A stretch of 64,000 bases of DNA from IMG/VR virus record IMGVR_UViG_3300024336_000005, positions 124,001 through 188,000 of that record, one strand, 5' to 3'. Position numbers and translations under genes: made by a program. Under the pieces are notes generated by a model. The model saw nothing but the letters and a program-made list of their open reading frames with translations, made no database searches and was not told where the DNA came from. Each line of letters begins with the position of its first letter. Position 1 is the stretch's first letter. Of this stretch, positions 34,845 to 44,225 are shown piece after piece.

Positions 34845-35081
34845 ATGACAGTAGCACAATTGATCAGCCGTCTAAGAGACTTCCCTTTAGATGCAGATGT
34901 CTTAGTAGAAGCGAGGGATAGCGGAGAGCCCTACAATTTCAGCGTAGAAGAAGGGACTTGGTATGCGGAGATGACAGAACAACTTGGCGGTGAGCCAAAT
35001 GAATACTATGCTCGAACTGATGTTAAAAGATTCAAAGAGTATTCTACTAAGTTCTGTGTCAGCATTAGTCCGAGCTGGTAG
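34845..35081 (+). CDS. hypothetical protein
   Basis: RBS AAGGAG; MTVAQLISRL. Confidence 0.6.
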   Translation: MTVAQLISRLRDFPLDADVLVEARDSGEPYNFSVEEGTWYAEMTEQLGGEPNEYYARTDVKRFKEYSTKFCVSISPSW

Positions 35082-35082
35082 C

Positions 35083-35397
35083 ATGAACCAATTTCAAGAA
35101 TCAGATGGATGTAAGATCCACCTAATGCAAGGTGAACTCCCTCTTGTTAAGGTCCTGTTCCTTAAAAAAGAAGGAGAGGACCAGCGTTTGGTTGTTAACA
35201 AGAGTGTGATGTTGGACGGTCAGCCTCTAACTGTAGAGACATGGCTGCGTAATAAGCATGGCGTTTGGAACGGCACCTTTAATCAGATCCAACTTAATAC
35301 CCCTCTTTTGAAGGCTGGAGATGCCTACCCATTTACTTGTGTGTTCTGGACCTCTCCAGTGATGAGTAAGGATAGAGTTCCAATGGTAGGTCAGTAA
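35083..35397 (+). CDS. hypothetical protein
   Basis: ORF in the run. Confidence 0.5.
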   Translation: MNQFQESDGCKIHLMQGELPLVKVLFLKKEGEDQRLVVNKSVMLDGQPLTVETWLRNKHGVWNGTFNQIQLNTPLLKAGDAYPFTCVFWTSPVMSKDRVPMVGQ

Positions 35398-35400
35398 GCT

Positions 35401-35592
35401 ATGAGCAGGGAAACAACTTGGTACTTTGTATACACTTGCTGTCCCGACGGACCAAGTGTCCTAAAGGCTGTGTTCTGGTCTATATCAGAAGCTGATGTCT
35501 ACCGAGATGGCAATGGCTATCTGGAGATTCGTCGAGCTCTCTGGGAGGGCTATGGCAGTGTTCCAGACTACAGTGAAACGGAGAAGGTATGA
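35401..35592 (+). CDS. hypothetical protein
   Basis: Short coupled ORF. Confidence 0.45.
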   Translation: MSRETTWYFVYTCCPDGPSVLKAVFWSISEADVYRDGNGYLEIRRALWEGYGSVPDYSETEKV

Positions 35593-35786
35593 CAATCTAC
35601 AGAGACTCCTCCTCGGGGAAGCTTGTAACCATTTGTTACCTTACCGCTTGGATGGGTAAGTGTAGTCCCAGACATAGAGCCTATCGGTACCCAGCTCCCC
35701 ACTGGGGAGTTGATCTTGGCAGGGAGGTTCGAGAAGAAGAGATAGGCCAGAGATATATCCCCGTGTCAGAAAGAAGCTACCCATGA
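35589..35786 (+). CDS. hypothetical protein
   Basis: ATGA-coupled. Confidence 0.45.
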   Translation: MTIYRDSSSGKLVTICYLTAWMGKCSPRHRAYRYPAPHWGVDLGREVREEEIGQRYIPVSERSYP

Positions 35787-36178
35787 AGAACAATACAAAC
35801 TGCACCATAGGCATCCTAGAAGAGGATCAAAGCGTTAGCGTTATCTATTGCCACTGGGATGGCTATCTTGATGCGAACGGTGAGCGTCTCTGGAGGTTCT
35901 ACTATGAAGAAAGTCATATTAGAGACCTGCTTGAGGGAGGAGATATCACATCTCTTGGCGCTAGCCATAAGGTAAGCGTTTACTATCATAAGGACTTCCA
36001 AGAGCCACTTAAGGTTGCTCGTGTTTATGATACTTCTCTTGAGATGGTTGAGGCTGAGGGACGTAGGTTTAATTATCTCTATTGCATTCGCTCTGGCGAA
36101 TGGTTCTTTTCAATGTGGTCGTCTAATGAATGGAAGAATTTAAAAGATGCAAACTTCAAGACCTCTGGTCCATTATGA
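35783..36178 (+). CDS. hypothetical protein
   Basis: YCHWDGY motif. Confidence 0.65.
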   Translation: MKNNTNCTIGILEEDQSVSVIYCHWDGYLDANGERLWRFYYEESHIRDLLEGGDITSLGASHKVSVYYHKDFQEPLKVARVYDTSLEMVEAEGRRFNYLYCIRSGEWFFSMWSSNEWKNLKDANFKTSGPL

Positions 36179-36923
36179 TGGTCCCATTGAATGGATCAAT
36201 GAAGGCCGTGTGATTCTGTATGGAATCCACGGGTCTCATCTTTATGGGACAAATATTGAGACCTCTGATGAGGACTATAAGGGTATTGTTGTCCCTCCTA
36301 GAGTGTACCGCCAGGGCTTTTCTAAGACCTTTGAGCAGGTTATCCAAGAGGGATGTGAGCTTGAGTATGTCATTTATGATATCCGTAAGTTCTTTAAGCT
36401 TGGGGTTAAGTGTAACCCCAACATCTTAGAGCTTCTCTACTCTAAGTCCTTCTTGCACTCCACTGAGGGAGGAAGACTGCTGGCTGAGAACAGGGATGCG
36501 TTTCTTTCTCAGCGTGCAATCTCTTCATACAATGGATATGCTCTGTCTCAGTTGAAAAAGATGGAGACCTATAGGGCTGCCAATCCAGAGAGAGCTAGGT
36601 TGCGGGAGTTGTATGGATATGACACCAAGTTTGCCATGCATTTGATTCGACTGTTAAGGGTCTGCAACGAGATGTTGACAGAGGGAACCATTAACGTGTT
36701 CCGTAAGGATGCAGAGCAGCTGATAGAGATCAGGAGGGGTGGATGGTCCTTGGCTCGTGTTCATAAGGTGGTCCAAGACCTTGAGGCCAGGAACTCTGCA
36801 TTGGCGACTACAACGTCTCTGCCTAAGGAGCCAGACATCGACTTCTTAGAGTCTTTGATGTCTGATATAATTGAGATTACGGAGTGCTCGGTTGCCTCCA
36901 AGGATGAGATAAATGTTTTTTGA
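36147..36923 (+). CDS. Pol-beta-superfamily nucleotidyltransferase
   Basis: GSHLYG..SDEDYKG, NPNILELL, YDTKFAMHLIRLL. Confidence 0.85.
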   Translation: MQTSRPLVHYDGPIEWINEGRVILYGIHGSHLYGTNIETSDEDYKGIVVPPRVYRQGFSKTFEQVIQEGCELEYVIYDIRKFFKLGVKCNPNILELLYSKSFLHSTEGGRLLAENRDAFLSQRAISSYNGYALSQLKKMETYRAANPERARLRELYGYDTKFAMHLIRLLRVCNEMLTEGTINVFRKDAEQLIEIRRGGWSLARVHKVVQDLEARNSALATTTSLPKEPDIDFLESLMSDIIEITECSVASKDEINVF

Positions 36924-37443
36924 TGTAGTGGTCGCTTGCGACCAGGCTGGTGGTATTGCCAAGGATGGAAAAATCCCCTGGCATCTCCCCGAGGAGCTTC
37001 AGTGGTTTAAGAAGGTAACTTCTCACACTCAAGACCCTGACAAGCAGAATGCTGTAATCATGGGACGCAAGACTTGGGAGTCTTTGCCCGAGAGGGCAAG
37101 ACCTCTAAAGGGCAGAGTGAATGTGGTGCTTTCGAGGGATGAAAACTATGCGCCCGAAGGTGATGCTTGGGGAGCTCTCTCTTTTGAAGATGCACTGCAA
37201 GCCATGGATCATGGGGACTTTGGGTGTGTAGAGACTGTCTTTGTCATCGGTGGAGGGCAAGTATATAAAGAAGCATTTGACCACCCCAGCTGCCGCCTCA
37301 TCATCATGTCTGGGATTCCAGAGACTTTCGACTGTGACACCTTCATTCGTGTCCCAGACCGCTTTGAAACAGTAGAGACTAGGCCCCACCAAGGATTTAA
37401 GATCTGGTGGCTTACCCCTAAGGAACTAACACAGGATGATTGA
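36913..37443 (+). CDS. folA: dihydrofolate reductase
   Basis: IPWHLPEE, IMGRKTWES, RPLKGR, IGGG, CDTF. Confidence 0.95.
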   Translation: MFFDVVVACDQAGGIAKDGKIPWHLPEELQWFKKVTSHTQDPDKQNAVIMGRKTWESLPERARPLKGRVNVVLSRDENYAPEGDAWGALSFEDALQAMDHGDFGCVETVFVIGGGQVYKEAFDHPSCRLIIMSGIPETFDCDTFIRVPDRFETVETRPHQGFKIWWLTPKELTQDD

Positions 37444-37586
37444 TTGGAATTTTGTCAAAGAGGAGATACTTGAGGTCTTGGACAACAATGGGGTGCATGA
37501 TGGGACCCTTGCTGGACTAGAAAATAAGGTCCAGGTGTTCATCAATAAGCTCGAGAGGACCTTTAGGCCTGAAGCAGGAGAGCCAG

Positions 37587-37823
37587 ATGACGACACTGAC
37601 TCTGACTGGTAAGGTCGCAAAGATAGAGAAGGCAGGAAAGTGGGTGGCTTTTGTTATAGCTGGCCGAACTGCTTGTAAAGTAATAATGAAGGATGCCTCT
37701 GCTAAGGAGGCACTAGAATCCATCAAAGTTGGGTCAGAAATTGTTGCAACATCTAGCAAGTTCGCGTGTGAAGGTCACACGGTAAAGCTTTGGACTGATC
37801 TATGCATGTTCTTACCAGATTAA
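37587..37823 (+). CDS. small OB-fold-like hypothetical protein
   Basis: RBS GGAG; alternating beta pattern. Confidence 0.4.
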   Translation: MTTLTLTGKVAKIEKAGKWVAFVIAGRTACKVIMKDASAKEALESIKVGSEIVATSSKFACEGHTVKLWTDLCMFLPD

Positions 37824-37840
37824 CATAGTGAGTAGAATAA

Positions 37841-38842
37841 ATGTGGGATAGAGTTAAGACGTTAAAGTCTGCTCTCCTTGGTTTACCAGAGCCGATCCTC
37901 ATCCTTGGAAATAGAATGCCAGATGGAGATAGTCTAGGCAGCGCAGCTGCAGTGTTGGACTATTTAAGGTACGAAGGATATGAGGCTTACATTCACTGCG
38001 TCCTCCCACCGCCTCCAACGTTAAGTTGGATGCTTGATGAGGGGGATGAAGCCACCGCAGAGACGCTCGAAGAGTATGCGTCTCTGGTAGTAGTGGATGA
38101 CCAAGTGAATTCTGAACGACTTGGGTTTGAGTTTAGAAAAGTTCCTACTATTTGCATAGACCATCATATGACAGGATTCCCTGATGATGTGGCAGATAGT
38201 ATAGCGAAGAAGGGGTCCCTTGGTGCCCCTACTGTTGTTGTTAATGACAATGTCATTAACTTCTGGAAGCTGTGCCCAGCAACAGCCTGCATCTTAATTG
38301 ATGAAGAGATATTTCACCCCTTTCTGTGGGTGTCTCTCTATACAGATTCAGTTGGTTTTACTGTCAACACCAGCACAGTCATTAGGTATGCTTCAATCCT
38401 TACAGAGGCTTCAGATATTTCTGATGAAGACGCTGAAGGTTACATAAAGAAGGTTTACCCCACCGCTCCTGTTTCTATCTTAGAATCTTTTGCTGAGGCA
38501 ACAATCTACACCCTCACAGGCACTCATAATGGAGAGCAGCTACAAATTGCTATGGCAATTGCTGATGCTCAAGATGATTTGTCCTATCGTAAGATCCTTT
38601 GGATCCTTCGACAGTTTGGACATGTGGCGTGTTTTGTGAATTCTGTGACAGGCAAGGCAAGTGTGCGTTCTGACCGCTATGAGTATAGCGCTCTTGACAT
38701 AGCAAAGAAATTTGGTGGAGGTGGGCATGTGCGCGCAGCGGGCTTCCAGCTGAACACCAAAGAATTTGGTTCTCAGTGCGATAAACTAATCACCCTACTT
38801 GGAAGCGATCTCGAAAGCGTTCGCTTAAGGATGTTAATGTAA
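37841..38842 (+). CDS. DHH/DHHA1 phosphoesterase
   Basis: PDGDSLGS, VVDD, IDHH, SVRS, GGGGHVRAAG. Confidence 0.88.
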   Translation: MWDRVKTLKSALLGLPEPILILGNRMPDGDSLGSAAAVLDYLRYEGYEAYIHCVLPPPPTLSWMLDEGDEATAETLEEYASLVVVDDQVNSERLGFEFRKVPTICIDHHMTGFPDDVADSIAKKGSLGAPTVVVNDNVINFWKLCPATACILIDEEIFHPFLWVSLYTDSVGFTVNTSTVIRYASILTEASDISDEDAEGYIKKVYPTAPVSILESFAEATIYTLTGTHNGEQLQIAMAIADAQDDLSYRKILWILRQFGHVACFVNSVTGKASVRSDRYEYSALDIAKKFGGGGHVRAAGFQLNTKEFGSQCDKLITLLGSDLESVRLRMLM

Positions 38843-39072
38843 TGAGCAGTAAAAAGAAGACAATCAAAGAGCTGAGACTAGTTAATAAGGATCTTTATAA
38901 GACCCTAGAAGCCTCTGAGGCTGACCTTGCTGAGGCAGAAGAGGAGAACGAGCGCCTTCGTGAGTCTATCATGATCCTCTTAAGCGAGGCTGGGTTGGAA
39001 ATCGAAGCCAATGATGGACTAGAGTTTCCAGTTGAGATTATGGCAGTTCCAGATGGAATCTTCCCTCTCTAA
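38842..39072 (+). CDS. hypothetical coiled-coil protein
   Basis: TAATG coupling. Confidence 0.5.
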   Translation: MSSKKKTIKELRLVNKDLYKTLEASEADLAEAEEENERLRESIMILLSEAGLEIEANDGLEFPVEIMAVPDGIFPL

Positions 39073-39091
39073 TAGATATGATTGGTAGTAT

Positions 39092-40084
39092 ATGAAAGAC
39101 TTTGTACATCTTCACCTGCACACTAAGTTCAGCCTACAAGATGGTACCACTGAGCCTGAAGGGCTCATGAAAAAGTGTGCCGATCATGGGATGAAGTCCG
39201 TTGGAGTGACAGATCATGGGAATATGGCAGGGATGTGGGATTGTGCTAAGTACGCTAAGCAGTATGGCATTAATCTAATCCCTGGCAATGAATTCTATGT
39301 TGTTCCTGATGCACAAAAGAGCAGGGGGAATGATTGGCGGAAGGGGAAGTCCTCTCATCTTGGACTTCTTGCTTATAGTCAGACCGGTTGGGATAATCTG
39401 TTGAGGCTTACTGCGTTATCGAATCTTGAGGGATTCTATAACGAACCTCGGATAGACTATAGGATGCTCAGAGAGAACTCCGAAGGATTGTGGTGTATGT
39501 CTGGCTGCCTCGGCGGCTTCATAAATACAGCCATTAAGAATAATCAATCCCCAAGGTTTGCGGTAGATATGCTGCATAGTATCTTTGGAGATAGGCTATC
39601 TCTTGAGATACAGGTGAACCCAATACCTGACCAGCAGATTCTTAATGATGAAGTGATAGCAATTCATCATGCTACAAAGATTCCCCTCGTTGCTACCGTT
39701 GATGCTCACTACTTAGATAAGACTGATAGCCACAACCAGGACATCCTGTTTGCAATGCAGTTAGGGAAATCCCTAGAGGACCCAGAGAGGCTGAAGATGC
39801 CTCCAGAAGAGCACTCTGTTGAAACCCCAGAGGAAGCCATCAAGAGGTTCACAGATAAGTATGGGAACCTTGGATTGGAGGCTTGTCGGAGGACGGTAGA
39901 GATTGGAGACAACTCTCACTCAGAGATTACTTACCAAAGTAAGAGCTATAAAATTCCCACCCTTGATGTTGCAGCACAGCCAGACTTCCAAGAGTTTCTT
40001 AAATGGAAGACAGGCTGTGAATGTCACACCTCAGACAAAGGGGAGTGCTTAGTACATGGAAAAGCCTGTGGGCATAACCACTAG
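39092..40084 (+). CDS. dnaE: DnaE PHP domain encoded as a separate gene
   Basis: HLHLHTKFSLQDG, TDHGN, GNEFY, SGCLGG, VDAHY; stops after the PHP linker. Confidence 0.92.
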   Translation: MKDFVHLHLHTKFSLQDGTTEPEGLMKKCADHGMKSVGVTDHGNMAGMWDCAKYAKQYGINLIPGNEFYVVPDAQKSRGNDWRKGKSSHLGLLAYSQTGWDNLLRLTALSNLEGFYNEPRIDYRMLRENSEGLWCMSGCLGGFINTAIKNNQSPRFAVDMLHSIFGDRLSLEIQVNPIPDQQILNDEVIAIHHATKIPLVATVDAHYLDKTDSHNQDILFAMQLGKSLEDPERLKMPPEEHSVETPEEAIKRFTDKYGNLGLEACRRTVEIGDNSHSEITYQSKSYKIPTLDVAAQPDFQEFLKWKTGCECHTSDKGECLVHGKACGHNH

Positions 40085-40107
40085 AAATAAAACTATAGGA
40101 GATTAGC

Positions 40108-40401
40108 ATGTTAGAAGTTACCCCCGCACCTGGATTCGCCATGGTGACACTTGAGAAGGACGCACAGACAAAGTCTGGACTTTTTGTTGCAGGCACACAG
40201 GACGGCCTAAAGAGAGGTCGCGTAGAAGGCCTTGGCCCTGAGTTTGTCACAGACCATGGTGTTTCAATCGCCTTCCCAGCAGATGTTGGAGATGTCGTTC
40301 TATTTGACAAGGGAACTGAATTTTCAATCCCGGGGCAAGGAAGCTACTACTTCGTGTGGCGGAACAACACTGTTGGCAGGATCGTCGAGTCAGGAGAGTG
40401 A
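40108..40401 (+). CDS. groES: GroES-like co-chaperonin
   Basis: TKSGLFV..RGRVEGLGP..VGDVVLF. Confidence 0.75.
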   Translation: MLEVTPAPGFAMVTLEKDAQTKSGLFVAGTQDGLKRGRVEGLGPEFVTDHGVSIAFPADVGDVVLFDKGTEFSIPGQGSYYFVWRNNTVGRIVESGE

Positions 40402-40727
40402 CAGATTCACTTGGGAATGAATACAGAGTGGGAGATATACTCTTGTACGTCGCCGGGGGAGATCAGGCTCGGCCACAGATTGCCATGTTTGTTGAAGCTT
40501 ATATGAATGCAGATGGAGATCCTAAAAATAGGTTCCTTTTTGCGAACCGTAGAACGTGGAATCGAGATCAAAATAACGTGTCTGTCAGAACTATTGGACG
40601 GCCCTGGAGGGCCCGCTTGAAGCGGCTCTCTGATGTCCTTCCTCATGACAAGGCCCTCGAGGCAAGAGATTTCTTTGAGTATGCCCTGGAGCTAAAGGGA
40701 TACGAGCTTGGGCTGCCTCTTCTTTGA
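40398..40727 (+). CDS. hypothetical protein
   Basis: RBS AGGAG with GTG start. Confidence 0.55.
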   Translation: MTDSLGNEYRVGDILLYVAGGDQARPQIAMFVEAYMNADGDPKNRFLFANRRTWNRDQNNVSVRTIGRPWRARLKRLSDVLPHDKALEARDFFEYALELKGYELGLPLL

Positions 40728-40774
40728 GGTATGATGTCAGAATGGAGAGGTCTCAGAGAGAAGGAGAGGTTCAA

Positions 40775-41600
40775 ATGAAGAGTGATGATCAGAACTCCTA
40801 CCTTTTATTTTGGGCCCAGAAGGGGCTTAAGGCAAGAGGGCTCTGGGATGACCAGGTCTATAAGGATAGGGTAGATTACGAGTGGAAAGTTATCTCTCGT
40901 ATGGGGTTTGCAGGATACTATCTTGTAGTCGCTGACTACGTGGCTTGGGCCCGTAGTCAAAGAATCCCAGTGGGGCCTGGACGTGGTTCAGGTGCTGGCT
41001 CTTTGATTGCCTATGCTGTAGGCATAACGGATGTGGATCCCATTAAGTGGGGCCTAATGTTTGAGAGGTTCTTGAACCCAGGTAGAGTCTCCATGCCTGA
41101 CTTTGACATTGACTTTGGAAAGAGAGATCGACTCAAGGTTTTTGACTACCTGTCAGAGAAATACGGACATCAGAACGTTTGTCAGATTGGTACTATTGGC
41201 ACCATGAAGGCAAAGCTTGCGGTCAAAGATGTGGGGAGAACCCTTGGACTTGATCCCTCTGAGCTGGAAAGATTCTCTAGCTTAATTCCCGACGAAGAAA
41301 GAGGAGGACAGGGCGATCATGCTATCACCTTGAGCCTCCTCTTGGATCCTCCCAGGGAGCTTGTTAAGGCTCACGGAGAGGCTCTTGCAAAGTTCAGAAC
41401 TGCTTATGAATTCGACAAAGACTTTCATAGAGTTGTCAACCTTGCTGTAGAGCTGGAAGGAATCCCAAAGAGTTACGGGGTGCACGCAGCTGGAGTTGTC
41501 ATCGGAATTGATTCTCTATGGGGAGATATTCCTCTTAGGAAATCAAATGATGGAAGGCCTGTTAGTCAGTGGACTGACAAGCAGGTCGAAAAGATGGGGT
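40775..41600 (+). CDS. dnaE: DnaE polymerase core, exon 1
   Basis: RBS AAGGAGAGG; GPGRGSGAGS, FERFLNPGR, PDFDID, GVHAAG. Confidence 0.94.
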
Positions 41601-41742
41601 TAGCTTATTAGCCCCTGTATGGAGCAATCCGTACAGCAAACAAGGTGAACCCCAAAGCAAAGGGGGTGTGCTGCATCTGCAGCGCTAACAGGGGAACCTA
41701 AGTGAGCGAGTCTCATAAGGCAATCCTGTGCTAAGCTTTTGA

Positions 41743-41771
41743 TTGATTAGGTATTGCAAAATTGATATAAT
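41743..41771 (+). promoter_or_regulatory. sigma70-like promoter inside the intron
   Basis: TTGATT-N17-TATAAT, 27 nt before the HNH ATG. Confidence 0.65.
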
Positions 41772-41798
41772 AGGAGCTCAACAAACAGGAGCTGCGTT

Positions 41799-42335
41799 AT
41801 GCAAAAGTTAGAAGGATTTGAGAAGGTAGAATCTGAAGGAATTTTGGGAGAGTATTATATTCATCCAGACGGAAGGATCTACAGAGATTACGGACATAGA
41901 ATAAAATTTCTTTCCGAGAGGCCAAATGCTTATGGCTATAGTCGAATAAGCTTGCTTCATCAGGATGGACGTAGAGTGGATCGAATGATGCATCGATTAT
42001 TGATGTTAACATTTGTCCCAAATCCAGATAATAAGCCACAAGTCAATCATAAAGACGGAGATAAAAGCAACAATCAGCTTTCCAATTTGGAATGGGTTAC
42101 AGATCGAGAAAATAAGCTTCATTCACATAGAGTGCTTGGAGCCAAATCTAGTGACAAAAGTTGTTTCTTATTTTATTTTGGGGGCTTTGTTCAAAGGTTT
42201 CCAAACATCCAAGCTGCTTGTAACTATGCAGCTAAAAAATATGGGTGCTCCTCAAAGTCTTTATGTAAATATTACACATCTAATGGATGTGCAATTATTA
42301 CAGAAGAAAGTGCAACGACTATCCTAACGGAGTAG
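41799..42335 (+). CDS. intron-encoded HNH endonuclease
   Basis: MHRLL..VNHKDGDKSNN..NLEW; RBS AGGAG. Confidence 0.9.
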   Translation: MQKLEGFEKVESEGILGEYYIHPDGRIYRDYGHRIKFLSERPNAYGYSRISLLHQDGRRVDRMMHRLLMLTFVPNPDNKPQVNHKDGDKSNNQLSNLEWVTDRENKLHSHRVLGAKSSDKSCFLFYFGGFVQRFPNIQAACNYAAKKYGCSSKSLCKYYTSNGCAIITEESATTILTE

Positions 42336-42428
42336 GGGGGGTATTGCTCCTCTCGAAGCGCCTTGATCTCTGAATCAATACAGAGAATATGATATAGTCT
42401 GTGCCACTAGAAATAGTGGAATAACACG

Positions 42429-44149
42429 TTGTAAAGTTCGACTTTCTGGGACTCCGCACACTTGATGTAATTGAAGACGCCTGTCGTAGCATAGAGAAAA
42501 GAACTGGAGTGACTATTGATTGGGAACAGACTCCCGAGGATGATGGTCCTACATTCGATATGCTCAGCAGAGGAGACACCTTTGGTGTCTTCCAGCTGGA
42601 GGCATCTGGTATCTCTGGGTTTACCAAGGGATATAAGCCAAGGTCTATCGATGACATCTCAATCATCTCAGCTCTATACAGACCTGGTCCGCTGGATAAT
42701 GGGATGGTAGATGCCATTCTGTCTGTCCGCAAGGGGAAGAAGATTGAAGAGAGTCCTGTTGATGTCATTAAAGAAATCCTTAAGGATACGAATGGGGTTC
42801 TGACATATCAGGAACAAGTATTAGCAATATCAAGGGAGATGGCTGGGTTTACCCTGTCGGGTGCTGATCTATTGAGGCGCGCGATTGGCAAGAAGCTGCC
42901 CGAAGAGATGCAAGCGCAGGAGCAAAACTTTGTTGATGGCTCCGTAGAGAAGGGGTATCCAAAGCATCAAGCTTTGGAAGTATTTGAAATCATTAAGAAA
43001 TTCGCTGACTATTGTTTGTCATATGATACTAAGGTATTGACCGATAAGGGGCCTCTCTCAATTGGTCATATTGTAGAAAATCAGCTAGAGGTTTCTGTTT
43101 ATTCTATTGATGAGCATGGGCTTGTCTACTCTCAGCCGGTGGCTCAGTGGCATGACAGGGGCATAAGAGAAGTCTTTGAATACAAGCTTGAGGATGGCTC
43201 TGTCATCCGAGCGACCGAAGATCATAAGTTTATGACCGTCGATGGAGATATGCTTGCTATTGAAACAATCTTCCTGCAGAATAGGGATATGCTTGTCATT
43301 GAAACAGGCAAGATTCAAATAGGGGAGATTGAAATGAAGCCTTATAATAAACTAAATGACCTGGACAAACAACTTGTCCAACGACTGTACTATGAAGGAT
43401 TATCCTTTGAGGACATCTCAAAGGAAGCTGTGGTATCTCAACGTTCTGTTAGTCGTGTTTTGCAAGAGGCTAATATTAACACCAGAAGGAAAAACCGTTA
43501 TACCCTTAATGAAAGCTTCTTCTGTGGAGCATATGATCATTATGAATGTGCATATTTTTTAGGCCTACTGGCAGCAGATGGATGCGTTACTCATAAGGAT
43601 TACATCGCCCTCCAGCTTATTGATGAAGAACTTGTCTTATGGTTTCGCAAAGCGATCGAATACTCAGGAGAAGTTCGGCTTATCCTTGGCGAGGAGCGAA
43701 AGCCCCCTGGCCAAGATGCCTATAGGGTGAACTTTAGCTCTGCCATAATGTCAGAGGAACTTCGTTCATATGGAATCATTGCCGGAAGACATCTTCAAGC
43801 AATTCCGAAGTTAGAAGATTCAATTGTGCCTCATTTTATTCGAGGGTATTTTGATGGAGATGGATGTGTTTACTTAAGGCCAGAGGGTTCTGGTGGAGTT
43901 GTTCATATTGTAGCCTCCGAGGCGTTTTGCGAATCGCTTAAAGAATACTTTGGATTCGGAACAATTAGTTCACATCCCAGTGGTATGTATTATTGGAGGA
44001 TCTTTGCAAAAAAACATGTGAATGTTTTTTATGAAGCCCTATATGATTCTGATGGTTCAGAGACCCTGTGCCTTAATCGCAAAAAGCAACTAATGGAAGC
44101 CTTCCTACGGAGCTACAAGTATGAAAATTGTTGGAAAGCAAAGGATTGA
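42429..44149 (+). CDS. dnaE: DnaE exon 2 fused to IntN (43013-43333) and a LAGLIDADG endonuclease (43334-44149)
   Basis: KFDFLGL, GVFQLE, LYRPGP, LRRAIGKK, FADY|CLSYDT; FLGLLAADG, FIRGYFDGDG. Confidence 0.92.
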
Positions 44150-44225
44150 GGATCAATCAGTCTATGATATTGGAGTAGAAAAAGACCATAACTTTCTTCT
44201 TGCTGATGGACAGGTTGCTTCCAAT
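43013..44225 (+). mobile_element. DnaE intein, discontinuous between the endonuclease and IntC
   Basis: C1 at 43013; block B ATEDHKF; IntC 44121-44225 VYDI..DHNF..ASN|CFNKSH. Confidence 0.9.

Larger units (their letters stand above)
41601..42428 (+). mobile_element. group I intron in dnaE
   Basis: P1 GGGGT/GCCCC with U.G pair; Q GGCAATCCTGTGCTAAGC, R ACGACTA, S GATATAGTCT; terminal G; splicing gives G-F-V-K-F-D-F-L-G-L. Confidence 0.85.

Noticed and set aside
40020-40800. Split intein or stop-codon readthrough joining PHP to the DnaE core
   Set aside because: No intein blocks at either end; the TAG is followed two codons later by TAA, and the intervening genes have their own RBSs
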